A DNA stretch of 63,992 bases, filler included, from Basidiobolus ranarum (GCA_040143965.1; 8 parts of 8 records of this genome joined end to end with filler, not necessarily neighbours in it); one strand, 5' to 3'. Shown: positions 40,908 through 53,189, counted from the whole stretch's first letter. The notes: generated from the letters alone by a model not told the origin. Numbers and translations are program-made.

Positions 40908-42220
40908 AGGAGATTCAAGGTCGCCTTTTCATCGGATTGCAAGAGTATACTTTTTTAATTTTTTGATTCATCAGGAGCCTTCGCATGCATAGTGTTTTAG
41001 GCCACAAGGCTCCTTGACCTGTATCTAAATCGGTTTTCATACTTCTTCATAGTTCGTCCTTGGCCCACTCCATCCGTTCACTTTTCTTCATAGACTATAT
41101 ATAGTTGTTCTTTTTATTCACTATATCTTTTTTCAATGATTTGTGGGGATACAGCCATAGAGTGTCTCTACATATCATTGTGTATCATAGAGTTTGTTTT
41201 ATAATATAGATTGTCAGGAACTTTCACGAAACCCCTCTGTCAAGTCAGGATCATTGAGTATTTATCTAAGAACTAATCAGATTTTTCAATAAATGAGGGA
41301 AGGACAACTGAAAAGACTAACATCAGATGAGATTCATCCAAGCTTGTGTTCACTAACTGTTGTAGATGGTTCACGTTGAGGATACAATGTTCATCTTTGG
41401 ATGTTCTTTGAAATGACTAGAACATAGGTGTTATAACCCATGCTACTAAAATGTTACCTCAACTTCATGAAGTAGTCACAGTTGAGACCAAATCGATTGA
41501 CATTTCCAACCAATGTATGACCCCTCGATCATAGGGTAAATAGCCATGTGGGGGGAGGGGCAACATGGAGCATGCAGAGTCAGCCAAAAGTATATTTTAA
41601 TAGGAGTTGCAGAAATCGAAAGACAACCATCCTCGATTGGATGCAACGACAATCCATCCAACTTCTTTACTTCTCCACAATTTATGCTGTCTTAGTTTTT
41701 AGGGACATTTTGTCTGCTGATTGGAGTTGTTTATGAATTCGACTCTCAATATGATCTCTTAGTTATATGAAGAGGAAATCTGAAGTAGAAATTCTTCAAA
41801 TGTTCTACAATAGGCAGTGGTGAATGAAAATCTGAAAACATTACTGATTCTTCATTTATAAGAGCTCGAATTCTTTCAAGATTTGGCCGTCACGTATAGC
41901 TAATTCAATTGAAATCCAGAAAGTTAACCACATATGCGAAAGTCATTCCTATTTGAAAACCCATGCATTATGTTTAGCACATTTAACGCTTGTTTCCAGA
42001 AGATATTGTAACATCCAGTTTAGATATACCTCTGAAATGTTGAGAAAAGACAAATAATTAAACTCTCTTAAAATGCTCCTAAAATGCTCCAAAATCCGTG
42101 CCCCACGTCCTTGTTACCCTAGGAGTACAAACCAAAAAGAGAAACTTTCCAACTTCTCTCTATTGTATTCTTAGAGCTCAAGAATTCTTAGAGTTTTCTT
42201 ATTGAAAAGAATATGTATTT

Positions 42221-42540
42221 TGTTGAAATTAGCATTGCCTAAACACCTATATAGTCATATATATCTTAGTATTTAGTTTTCTTATATTTCACTAAGATAT
42301 TACCTATGATTCTCAATCGGAATTTACTTAGAAGTTCTCAGATATATAGATTTTTCAAAGAAGCCCCAAACTTTGCACACATGTTCCTGGGACTTTCCTT
42401 AACACATTCTACACGTTAGTTTGCTTACATCTTGACAAAGCTACAAATGTCAACTTTTAACTTCATAAATCAATAAGTGAAAACCACCAATTTCTCTAAT
42501 TCTCCAAACCGCTTTCAACAGGCCCCCAAATACTTTGACA
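42221..42540 (+). mobile_element. Solo copia LTR with 5-bp TSD
   Basis: TGTTG...TGACA termini, flanked by TATTT on both sides. Same repeat that follows RNase H/PPT at 33140. Confidence 0.85.
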
Positions 42541-42701
42541 TATTTGTGTTTTATTTTTGCTTAAAATTCTGACATTTGCTGCTATTTTCATTATTCCTCG
42601 AGGTATTGTAGACACTTTCCAATGCTTATAACAATTGTAATAATGTCAGTTGCTGGTATTAGCAATAAGGTGAAATTTATTTCATAGATAGTTGATAATT
42701 T

Positions 42702-43047
42702 TGTTAAAGTATTTGGGAGCCTGTTGAAAGTGGTTTGGAGAATTAGAGAAATTGGTGGTTTTCACTTATTGATTTATGGAGTTGAAAGTTGACATTTGTA
42801 GCTTTGTCAAGATGTAAGCAAACTAACGTGTAGAATGTGTTGAAAAAAGTCCCAGGAACATGTGTGCAAAGTTTAGGGCTTCTAGCACAAGTTTGAAAAA
42901 TTTATATATCTGAGAACCTCTAAGTTGGTGTCAATATTCTAAGTAAATTCCGATATCGAATAATTGGTGATATCTTAGTTCAATATAGGATAACTAAATA
43001 CCAAGCTACATGACTATATAGGTGTTTAGGCAATGCTAATTTCAACA
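42702..43047 (-). mobile_element. Solo copia LTR, inverted relative to 42221-42540
   Basis: TGTTA...CAACA termini, flanks AATTT/CATTT (4/5 TSD). Near-identical reverse complement of the neighbouring LTR over its 3' half. Confidence 0.85.
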
Positions 43048-44077
43048 CATTTAAATACAAATATTCATCTAACCATTTATGTTCATTTATAATCCTGTGC
43101 AAGCACTAATTCAAATTCATCAATTTTAGGAATTCCCTATCACTATATTTACATACTAAAACTATTTAGATTTCCATTTCAGCCACTTCAACTAGATATA
43201 TTATATCTGCACTGCAACTTCCTACCATTAGCACACCGATGTTGGTGGCAACTAGAACTCACTAGAATGCTCCACCCATTGAATCACCTTGGACAGTGGA
43301 ACAGTAGTAGTACCAGTACCATCAGAATCAGTTTGATCTCTACCTTGAGAGCCATATGATCAACGTGAGTTCACTTTAAAAATAGATATTAGCTATAGTG
43401 ACCTCTGGAATTGTCGCATCACTAGATTCTTTCAACAACAGTCACAAACAAGAAATAGATTACAGGACTATTTCGAATGGAACTCCGTATATGATTTATC
43501 GAATGGAATCTATAGCATTGTTAATGTTTGTAAAAATGTTTAATAATCAAGATATATGCTCTAAGGATAGCTTTATCGCTAGAATTTGATATCCTAGATC
43601 TTGCCCAATTCACCGAATCATCATTAACAGTGATTGGAAATGACCTTCTAATGTGTGAATCGTATACTGTCTGAGGTCTGTATCAATAAAATATTCAGTG
43701 AAGCTATTTTATTGTCAATAGTAACAGAGTGGAGAACAACATGGTACATTTCTGGCTCTAAGCGGGTGATAGGTAGAAGCCTCCTCCCTCCCCGAAGTAA
43801 CTATCAAACTTCATGATCAGTATTGAAAGTGCTCCGATACTCGAGGGATGAAAAGAAAAACTACATTGTGACAGGTGTATTTAGAAAAAACCCGATGTAG
43901 GTGAGCGGGTATAAAAAATGAGAGTGAAGGAAAGGGAAAGGAAGGGGAGGGGTAGAAGGAGGGATTTCTAACTCCGAACATATATTCGTAGTCGAGTTCA
44001 AGATGTTATGCCGGCAAAATTGTGAATCATGAAAACGATTTTCCAAATATAATTAGAGCCGATTCATGATGACTGCT

Positions 44078-44836
44078 TCAAGGTCGAGTAGATTCTACTT
44101 CACGTAATTCGATGGCCTCGGTCCCTTCATCGGGTACTAAAACGGCTCTAGTACTCCAACCGTCAACCTCTTTATCTCTTTCATTGCGTACTCCAACGTC
44201 AGTTTCCATAAGTTCCGATTTTTCTTTATCCAAGCGCAATAAACTAACCTCCCCACCAGGTAATACACATACGTTACACTTGGGAAGCTCCTTTCGTATA
44301 TCGGCAAAAAATAACTCTCCTTCCGGTGGAACATCAAAATTCAAGCGTACCAAATGAGAAAGTAAGCAGAAAGCAATGAACCATAAAATCATCACGAAAG
44401 AAACGACGGTCCGGAAGTTAATAAATGAAAGGAACGAAGAAGGGTGTTTTAATTTCGGTATTATGTCTTGAGTGATCACAACATATAGAAACAGGACTAG
44501 GACAAGAAGGCAGGTGATAAGCAGGGTAGCTTTAAGGAGTATTATCGAGTCATTACTGGTTTCTGTCAATAAGATAGATTATTAAAAAATTGGAAGAGAG
44601 AAGAAAGCAGTCCAAAAATATTTACCAAAATGAATCCTAACCACACTAATATCACCATCAACTTGCATCAACAAAAAAGAAGGAATCCTCTCGGGCGAGC
44701 GAGCAGGAGAGGACTCCGTGTCATTAAGTGTGGTCGATTTCTTGGCTTCTTCATTAGAAGAAAGCAGACTTTGTCTCTCTGGTGTGCTAAGCTCCTCTTT
44801 TTGCAATGGTTGATTAAGTGTGATAAGGCTCTCCAT
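44078..44836 (-). CDS. Hypothetical two-TM membrane protein (about 231 aa; intron 44563-44625)
   Basis: A GTAAAT...GACAG intron joins the two track ORFs in frame (HF-E-TSND). Two hydrophobic helices. Confidence 0.7.
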
Positions 44837-45637
44837 GATGTCTGCTTTTCAAAGAGTTTACTCTTTGTCGATAGAATGGGAATATAGGGATTCAATATAC
44901 AGCTCCTTGGATGTGTTAGTATTTACAGTACTTTCCAAGTGGAATTCCAATAGTAGAGTGGTTATGGGATAGTGTGTTGCTTATGGGTGACTAATAACAA
45001 AAATTTAAGAAAATGAATGAAGACGGTTAACGAGAATGGAATCAACCAAGTTGCTTCAAGAGTAGTAAAATTCTTAGAATTCCCCCATTGTAAGAGAATT
45101 GGAGCCAATCAAGTACCGAAATGGGAAATTTGATGATTCTAGCTTTATATTGTTGATGAATAGTTAAGCTGATGTTTTGCCACCTCACATATAACCCAAT
45201 TTCATATGAAGTAATTATTAAATTTTATGTTAGTAAACTGATTATGGCGTTCTGAGGATAAAACCTGGGTAACCCCTATTCCTTAATCTATGACGAATGG
45301 CAACGTCAGGATTGAGATTAGGCGGATCGCTAGATCCTGAACTGTTTTTGGCAAACCTTTCACCTAAAATATACTTGCACCTACTGAGCATCCAACACAA
45401 TTTGTACATTGCTGCACTTGAGGCAAACACTGGTGAACAAACTAATTGAAACATGTTTAGAGCATTGGGAAATGAAATGATCTCTGTTTCAAACGAACAA
45501 ATTGCGATGAATACTGCATTGCTTTAACGGGAGTTGTGACGTAATCTCACTATGACGAATTCGAGGGGGACGTTGATGGCAAATCTATAATATATAAAGG
45601 TGCTTAGAGTAGTGATTAATTGCCACTATACACAATA

Positions 45638-45850
45638 ATGAGCAATCAACATGCAGAAACCCAAGCTGGCACAGGATTCCTTCAGGAAGCTTTGGGTGGA
45701 ATTCTAGGTAATGAAGCAATACAGGAGCGTGGTACTACCAAACGGGAAAAGGCCGAAGCCGAAGCTAAACATCAATGTTCCGCAAAAGATGAGGAAACCC
45801 ACAATAAGACTGAAGTGAAATCATCTAGCAAAAATACCCAAAATCTGTGA
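45638..45850 (+). CDS. Small CsbD-like/hydrophilin stress protein
   Basis: GFLQEALGGILGNEAIQERG...KAEAE pattern. TATATAAAG lies about 45 nt upstream of ATG 45638. Confidence 0.6.
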   Translation: MSNQHAETQAGTGFLQEALGGILGNEAIQERGTTKREKAEAEAKHQCSAKDEETHNKTEVKSSSKNTQNL

Positions 45851-46118
45851 ATCTCCTACCATATACCCATCTAGAATACAAATGTGATGATTAAAAAACT
45901 ACTAGCCAACATTAACAAGCATTATCTTTACATTCTGTGTTCGAATAGCAACGTTCTTCAAGGGATTTAAATTCTACAATATTAGAGGTGTTTATTATAT
46001 CTTGTGGTTTAAGTGCGAAATGTTTAGCTTTGGGATTACAGAATAGAGTGGTATTTAAGAGATATGAGTAAGTGCTGGTATTTTCATGAATCAAGGCTTT
46101 GAAATATCGCTGCTTCGA

Positions 46119-47186
46119 TTATACTGTAAAATGTGGCCGAGTAATTTGTAATTGGCAGAGCAAAGCGATAGTTTCTCCGAAATAAGTATTATCATCCAAC
46201 TCGTCCATTTGCTTTTGGATTTTGGGGAGGTTTGGATGGTTAATTAACCACATAGAAAGTGCGGCAGGTGCCATGAAAGCAAGGTCAGTATAATCGACTA
46301 ACTGCTTGCCGTCCAATTTATAACCAGCCTTGACTTCAGACTGATGGGCAAAGAAGTTCGCTAGAGCCTGGAGCAGGGGATAGACTCTGTTATCTCTTGA
46401 CTCGATATAATAGATGGTCAGACGCCAGGGAACACGGCAACTATTCCAACTGTAATCCTTGTCATGTTTGCTCTCTAAGACTTCTCCTTTCACGGGTACA
46501 TATTCCTGTCCGTTGTGCTCGAGAAAATCAGCAATCAATCCAGTATGAGGATGGAAGGTTAACTGACGCTCCACAGTTCGAACGGTGGCCTCCAGAATTC
46601 TAATCCAGCCATCTCTTCTTTCGGGAGCATCTTCTCTGGAGAATAGAAGTACATGTGTAAGAAGAAAGTCAGAAGGACGAGTAAGTTTGTCGTGCTTGGA
46701 ACCACTTTCAACCCAATCACCTAAACGAAACATGCAGGTGTTCCAGTTTACACAGTGCTCGTAAATTGCTTTACAGAGAGATATAGCTCTGTCCCGGTAG
46801 GAGGGGTTATTCCAGGTTTTTGAAGCAATGAAAAGCGCAGCTGCGACATCAACATCACCGTCAGTAGCACAATTCTCACCACCATCAGGAGCATTAGAGA
46901 TTCGTCCAGTTTTCAAATCCATAACCTGCTGCCAAGCCATAAGACCTTTTTTGTTTCTGAAGTTGTCAAAGTAACGGACCAGGCCTTCAAAATCTTGAGG
47001 GTTTCCTTTTAGTACCGAGATGAGCATACCATAGCCATGGGCCTCACTACAAGTAATTGGCTTGAGGTTGCCAACTTTTTCGAGCTCATCTTTGTCGTTG
47101 TAGTAAACATAATAACTATTGCCATTAGCCGAGCGGAGATACCTATTCCTCCAAGCAACGTACTTCTGCTCAATAGAATGACTCAT
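46119..47186 (-). CDS. Glycoside hydrolase family 8 (GH8b-like chitosanase/beta-glucanase), intronless
   Basis: SEAHGYGML (catalytic Glu), LMAWQQ, ATDGDVDVAAAL, TRPSDF, TGLIADF and LES...YSWNSCRVPWR. Confidence 0.92.
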   Translation of the reverse strand: MSHSIEQKYVAWRNRYLRSANGNSYYVYYNDKDELEKVGNLKPITCSEAHGYGMLISVLKGNPQDFEGLVRYFDNFRNKKGLMAWQQVMDLKTGRISNAPDGGENCATDGDVDVAAALFIASKTWNNPSYRDRAISLCKAIYEHCVNWNTCMFRLGDWVESGSKHDKLTRPSDFLLTHVLLFSREDAPERRDGWIRILEATVRTVERQLTFHPHTGLIADFLEHNGQEYVPVKGEVLESKHDKDYSWNSCRVPWRLTIYYIESRDNRVYPLLQALANFFAHQSEVKAGYKLDGKQLVDYTDLAFMAPAALSMWLINHPNLPKIQKQMDELDDNTYFGETIALLCQLQITRPHFTV

Positions 47187-48338
47187 ATGTAATGGACTAG
47201 GTTTGAAATGTTTACAGCGGAGAAGGAGGAGGGAGAGATTTATTTAAATAAGAGATCCATGAACCTGGTGAATAATGTCCCATGTTCAAGTTTGACTCTA
47301 GTATATGCAGAAAAATATCCCAGATATAATTAGAGTAACTACTAAGTATAATCTGCACCCTCGATAATTGTTAAGCCATTGGAGGTATTGTTCCCCTATA
47401 TGTGGCAATTATTGTTTACCAATCAAGTATAATATACAAGCATATGGATAGTATTTTACGGATCACCATACATGTCTGATCGACACAAACAAACTAAGGA
47501 AAACAGGGTTGATTAAATATCTATGTATAGCAACGAATTAGTCCCAGGCGGAAGACATATAGCTATCTTATTGATTCTAAATCAATTATACAATTAAGGA
47601 TCGGATGAAAGAACACGATATACCGGCATTCTTGCCAAGAGCAGCGACCAACCAATCAACCTCCTTTATCGTGTTACACGATGGAAGCTAACCTGGGCTT
47701 CATTGAGAGATAATCACCCAGATATGCCTAAATTGATTCGTTGAATTTAAACTCACATTATGCTAATGAGCACCAACTTGGCTGGGTTAATTGACAAAGG
47801 TAGTCTCTGCTTCCCCAATGGAAAATAGCTCTGGCAATACGTTGTGGATTCCAAGCTGGCTCTCGGTTGAACAGGTATAGTATAGTGATGCAAGAACTGC
47901 ATTCATTTGGTCATGTGACCCTCAGATCATTGCTTTTAACATTGATTTTATGCTAGATGGATGGCTTATAATCAGCTTATATGCACTGATATGGAGAGTC
48001 AGTTTCTTGTCCACTTTTTAGCATTCAAATCGCAGATGGACTGCTCTGATTGGTACTACGGATTTCGGATGGGTATTCCTACAATTAAGTTGCTATCATG
48101 TTAGAAGTTATTCCGGAGAGCGGGAGCCATATGTTGGATTCTCAGTATGGTTATAATACATTAGAGTCAAAAAATACTCTGTGAGCTTTGATTTTATTAA
48201 ACTTGTTCAGAGACTAGAGTCCCGTATTGGAGTATCAAAGGATCGTGGAGTTACTAAACGACAAAATTGAACCACTTACTACCATTGGAGGTCATGGTTT
48301 GGGGCTAAGGATGGGCTATTCCGGTATACATGAGAATT

Positions 48339-48438
48339 NNNNNNNNNNNNNNNNNNNNNNNNNNNNNNNNNNNNNNNNNNNNTTAATTAATTAANNNNNN
48401 NNNNNNNNNNNNNNNNNNNNNNNNNNNNNNNNNNNNNN
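48339..48438. other. Artificial contig spacer
   Basis: N44-TTAATTAATTAA-N44. Confidence 0.98.
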
Positions 48439-48615
48439 CAACCCGAGAGTATCTCCAAGAACGGCTTGCCGGAGGAGTCCATTGTAGCTCTTCAGAGTGA
48501 GTACTGCGGCAATCCACAGACCGACGTTTACTAGCACCAGTGAAGATATGGTAATGATGACTTTACGCCTGAAAGGGCGATTTTCTTCCAGCATAAATGC
48601 ATCAACAATACCCAT
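48439..48615 (-). CDS. Probable N-terminus of a NiCoT (Nic1-like) nickel/cobalt transporter; rest lost at the contig end
   Basis: LVLVNVGLWIAA...AVLGDTLGL resembles fungal NiCoT TM1-TM2 just before the RHAxDADH motif, which is cut off. Confidence 0.55.
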
Positions 48616-50458
48616 GACAAAAATCTACAACAGAAAGGAATAAGTAATCCGTTAAGCAGTGAGAGCAAGTAGGGCCAGCTCAAAAAGTGAAGCGTTAAAT
48701 TGATGGGAAGGGGTTCGAGATAAGATGACTGTTTTATAGCAGGCATTAGATGGGCAATGTTTAAGATTATATTCGTATAGGTTACAAATCATAAGGGGTG
48801 GTTACTAAATTTGAGACAGTTGACAATTGATACCAAACCATATCTGACCTGTGAGTAGGGAAAAGGGAAGATGAAAGTCGTGACCAGTTAGAGATTGCAC
48901 TGGGGCAGGATCTTGTCCAACTATTTATCATCTACTGATGATCTCCACAAATCAGCACTAGGTTTCCCTGAGTCAGTTCCAATCTTCAGCTTATCGTTTA
49001 GGACAGTTCTGAATAATTTGTGAACTTCCATATATTATTTCAGGGGCAGGACCTGGTAAATAGAGATTAAAAAGAACCCGAAGACTTGTATTGGGGTGTG
49101 GTGTAACCCTAGAGGGCAATTGCAACATTAACTCAAACACTACCAAAACTTCAGCTAGGAGGATAATCCTAAGGTGATTGGAACTTTTGACAATAGTATT
49201 AGTTGCGCATAAAATGTTCAGTTTTGGAAAATATATGCAAATACAATGGTACAACTTATCAAAATGAACCTGTAAGCACCTAGTTGGTATACGGTATATT
49301 CAACACGCCTTTGCTCTAAGTTGACAATCATAAGCGGGGGGTAAAATGCAAATGATTTCTGTTATTTTAGTTAGGAACACGCCCTGTGTAAGCAGCACTT
49401 GTTAACTTCTGATGACCAGTCACACTTGAGGCGACCAGGAACTTTGGGACAATGCTCTTGTGGAGTAACGGTTAGTATCATGTTTGAGTTCATTATGGTC
49501 CCACATTGTCACTCATGGAAAGCAGCATTGCTTGATGTAAAGCAAACAAAATCCTATCAATGCAGCATGTGACGATGAATGGGTATCACTATCTGTGAAT
49601 TCTTACCTTTTTTAACATTACCTATTTGCATACATTGAGCGGGAATACCTGCGGCAATACTCACGATGTGATTCATCAAGTTATGGACTTGATCAATTTC
49701 AACTAAGCAAAATACATCTTATTACTTATTGAAGCAATGATTGAATGCTCCTTTGCTTTGTCTGATTGGTGCATAGTATTATTGTCACACTTGAAGTAGG
49801 TAAGTGATATAATGCTTGATCAATTGTCTGGACTTGATCAGACTGATTTGAAGCGGACAACACATGACCTGCTTGTGCTGAATTCCCTTGGATCTGATCT
49901 GGTAGCGCTTGCTGAGGTAAAGATTGGCCTGGATCATTTGCAAGGGGAAATCAAAGGGTATAACATCAGCTGAATCTTTATCATTTATTCCCTGTGCATT
50001 GTTATTGTCATTATCAAATCTTGAATCCAAAGCCTGTGGTGGTAAAGAATCTTCATAGCTAGAATTATCTGCTAGTGGTGTTGGAACAATTTCCATGGCA
50101 CCTTCAGAATCTTGTGGCATTCTATATACTCATTGCATACACTCCTGGTGTAATACTACTATCACCATATGGTCCAGAGTGGAGAACTTCTCCTGGTCAG
50201 ATTTAAACTGGTGCCTTCAACTGCAAAGCTAGGCCCTGACTGATATTTGAGGTTGGAGTTGGCTTACCCTTTGAAATTTGGATTATTTAAGTTAAAAAAA
50301 ATTCTGGAAACAGTGGTAAACACTGCTGGTTGTTCAACAGAAGAAGTTTGATTTTGACTGTAGCCTGTAGCCTGTGGATTGCTGTAATTTCATTACACTT
50401 CTATGGTAATTAGAGTATCTGCTAGAAGGGGTGGAAAGTATTACAGCGGTGAAGAATA

Positions 50459-50862
50459 TGTTGAAATTATCATAGCCTGAACATGTATGTAGTTATATAT
50501 AGCTTAGTATTTAGGTATTCCATATTTCACCAAGATACCACCCACTATTATCAATTGGAATTTACTTAAATGTTCTCAGATAAACAGCTTTTTCAAACTG
50601 GTCCTACAAACCCCAAACTGTGCACACAAGTTCCTGCGGCCTTCCTTAGCACATTCTACATGTTTTTGTTTACCTCTTTGCAAAACTATAAATATTGATT
50701 TTCTACTCAATAAATCAATCAGTGACAACCACCAATTCTTCTAGTTCTCCAAATCACTTTGACAAACTTAGCTTTTTAACTCTCAAAACATTTGAAGAAA
50801 TGTTATGCTTGTTGTAAATGTTCTCTAAACCACTTTCAACAAACTCCCAAAATACTTAAGCA
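50459..50862 (+). mobile_element. Copia LTR copy with a partial internal duplication of its 3' part
   Basis: Starts TGTTGAAATT and is homologous to 42221-42540. The TTCTCYAAAYCACTTT block occurs twice. Confidence 0.75.
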
Positions 50863-51099
50863 CATTTAGCCCTGGTATTGGCACTATACATTCTGATCTC
50901 TGCAGCATACAGTGGCGCCACTGGCTGAATAGGTTCTGGTGCCTAAAGAGATACTCTTCACACACTTCGCGGTGGCAGATCCATAGTTAATGGAGAATTC
51001 TGAGCCTGAACCTAAGGCTAATCCACAGAAGGCAAATGCGCGCACAACGGTTCTGACAAACATAACTTGTGGAATAACTGCAAATAGTATTGTATGATA

Positions 51100-51330
51100 G
51101 ACATCCCCAGGTCTGAGTACATAGGTATCTAGACTTCCTCCTAGGTTCATAACTGTCATACACGCATAACCCTTTGCTATGTAGCCCATTTCGGCTGTGA
51201 TTGGATGCCAATGAGGCTCACACATACCCTCGCCCATAATACCAACCCTGTAAGAGATGAAATTGATGCCGACATAACTTCAATATCGAACTTATGCTTC
51301 ATTGTTTCTCCAGTCGGGACAGGTGAAATT
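51100..51330 (-). pseudogene. Fragment of an oxalate-decarboxylase-like cupin
   Basis: GMCEPHWHPITAEMGY..KG.ACMTV...GS.DTY.L.PGDVY matches cupin motif 1. Motif 2 (P.G..H) and the flanking parts are missing. Confidence 0.7.
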
Positions 51331-51555
51331 GACTGACACGTTTGAGTGGATAGGTATCACTCCATTGTGCAAATCAAAATAATTAGATTCAGGTATATTC
51401 CATCCGAGATAATTCTACAACCCTACAACTGTACATTAACTACAACTGTACATTTCAGTACTTCGTTGATTCATCTTAGTATTGGACACAATTAGTTAAA
51501 ATATGGGTTTATTCGTATTCGCTATCTAATTTCATTTAACTGGAAACATTTACAA

Positions 51556-51662
51556 CATATCTAAGATTAAAGGTTTTAGTATTCATTACCGCCGTACATG
51601 GTCTTAGGGTACCATATCTAAGATTAAAGGTTTTAGCATTGATTACCGCCGTACATGGCCTT
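51556..51662. repeat. Direct duplication of about 50 bp (period 57) spanning the FET4 stop
   Basis: CATATCTAAGATTAAAGGTTTTAGYATTSATTACCGCCGTACATGGYCTT at 51556 and 51613. Confidence 0.9.
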
Positions 51663-53189
51663 CATCTCCGTTTTCGCACTATTATCTACAACTGGTCGAA
51701 CGTATTGGATAAGCTTAAGTCTTCTCAGTAAGGTATCGTGCATTACTACACGTCTTTTTGTGTTAGCGACGTTATGAGCCTGAATCAACACATTAAACAG
51801 GAAGCCCTCGATAATCATGGTGGGAGTGTTACAAATAAGCTGGGCAGTTTCGTTCCAAAGCATAGCACTAGCCATACACACCAAACCCAGAGTGATTAAG
51901 AATGATGCCATAACCGAAGCTGGGGAAGAGCAGATGACTCCCATAAAGTAACTCATGCGGTATATCAAAGATTTGTCGTCGATCAAATGTTCCTCAGGGG
52001 CTTCGAGGTTTAATTGTTGGAATATCTCGAAATCTTCGTCAATAAGCTTTTGGAATTGTTCATTGATTCTGGTATCTTGACGGAAGTAAACATTTCGCAA
52101 CACAAATCCATCGATATAACCAATCAATCCCGTATAGGTACCGATAATAAGCCACCAGTTGGAATCCCACTGCATCACATTTCCGACTGCTAACCAAGCA
52201 ATGAACACACAAGTGGAAATGAATGCACCAACTCCAGAACCAACGAGATCTGCGTAATAGTCAATGAATCTTACGCTGTGACTAACCTTAACTGCAGGAA
52301 TCTCAATTACTGGATTAAGTTCGCAGTCACCAGTTGCCTGGCGTAGGAGGGATTCCAACTCACGATCAGCATCCATAACTGAAGCTAGACACTTGTCGAA
52401 GTATTCCATATGGATACGTCTTGTGTGTTGCAGGAACATAGAGGAGAAAGTAAGCTGAAGTGCAGAGGCACAATTGATATAGAGTTGCCACATATTATTC
52501 CAATCCATGGTGGTTCCGGTACCAACCCACACAAAGATAGCTGCCCAGTAGAAAACTACCGAATAGATGGATCCAATAAGATTGGACACCGCAGTACAGA
52601 GTTTATCAAACCAGTTTTCCAATGGCAATTTCACTGCATCACCCACGTTATCGGTTGGCATTTGAAGGTTTGCGTTCAGCTTCAACTCATTAATCTTCTT
52701 TATCATTTGAGGATTGAGCAGTAATCTCTTATAGGTTATATTTCTAGAACGGAGCTGGCCAATAATCGAAAGTAGTTTGTCACATTGGATATGTTGTTGA
52801 CGCATTAAAAACGAATCAGAGATATAGCACTGGATAGAACCACCATCCGAAAAGGCGATCTGCCAATTAGCTGGAGCTCCTAGAACGATACCAGCAATAG
52901 ACCATCCAAGGATGATGGCCAGTGTTGTCACAAATGAGAATCGAGATCCAGAGAAGCTGGTAATACGGTCAAAGAAGCGGGAACCTGCAGACCGAACTAT
53001 TTTTTTATCGGCGCTAATGACCTCAGGTAATAATTCACCAACGACAGAGGACTCGTTCTTGTTGATAGCTACTGATAGAGTTGGAGCAGCAGAGCGAATG
53101 GCATATTGCTTTCCAGGGGAGCAAAGTTTATTCCATATTCTCCCTCCAAGCCCTATATTTGCCTTCTCGTTGAAATGGTGAGTAGACAT
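51633..53189 (-). CDS. FET4: Low-affinity Fe(II)/metal permease, intronless
   Basis: Repeated iron-permease units FDRITSFSGS...NWQIAFSDGGSIQCYISDSFLMRQQ, WQLYIN, NWWLIIGTYTGLIG.IDGFVLRNV and WNETAQLICNTPTMIIEGF. First ATG at 53189. Confidence 0.92.
   Translation of the reverse strand: MSTHHFNEKANIGLGGRIWNKLCSPGKQYAIRSAAPTLSVAINKNESSVVGELLPEVISADKKIVRSAGSRFFDRITSFSGSRFSFVTTLAIILGWSIAGIVLGAPANWQIAFSDGGSIQCYISDSFLMRQQHIQCDKLLSIIGQLRSRNITYKRLLLNPQMIKKINELKLNANLQMPTDNVGDAVKLPLENWFDKLCTAVSNLIGSIYSVVFYWAAIFVWVGTGTTMDWNNMWQLYINCASALQLTFSSMFLQHTRRIHMEYFDKCLASVMDADRELESLLRQATGDCELNPVIEIPAVKVSHSVRFIDYYADLVGSGVGAFISTCVFIAWLAVGNVMQWDSNWWLIIGTYTGLIGYIDGFVLRNVYFRQDTRINEQFQKLIDEDFEIFQQLNLEAPEEHLIDDKSLIYRMSYFMGVICSSPASVMASFLITLGLVCMASAMLWNETAQLICNTPTMIIEGFLFNVLIQAHNVANTKRRVVMHDTLLRRLKLIQYVRPVVDNSAKTEMKAMYGGNQC

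Noticed and set aside
42221-43047. Single MITE/foldback element with long TIRs
   Set aside because: Each arm has TG..CA ends and its own TSD, and the same sequence follows copia RNase H plus PPT at 33140. The arms are LTRs.
24248-47186. NOS, GH8 and other unusual genes forming one cluster
   Set aside because: They lie on different contigs separated by artificial spacers.
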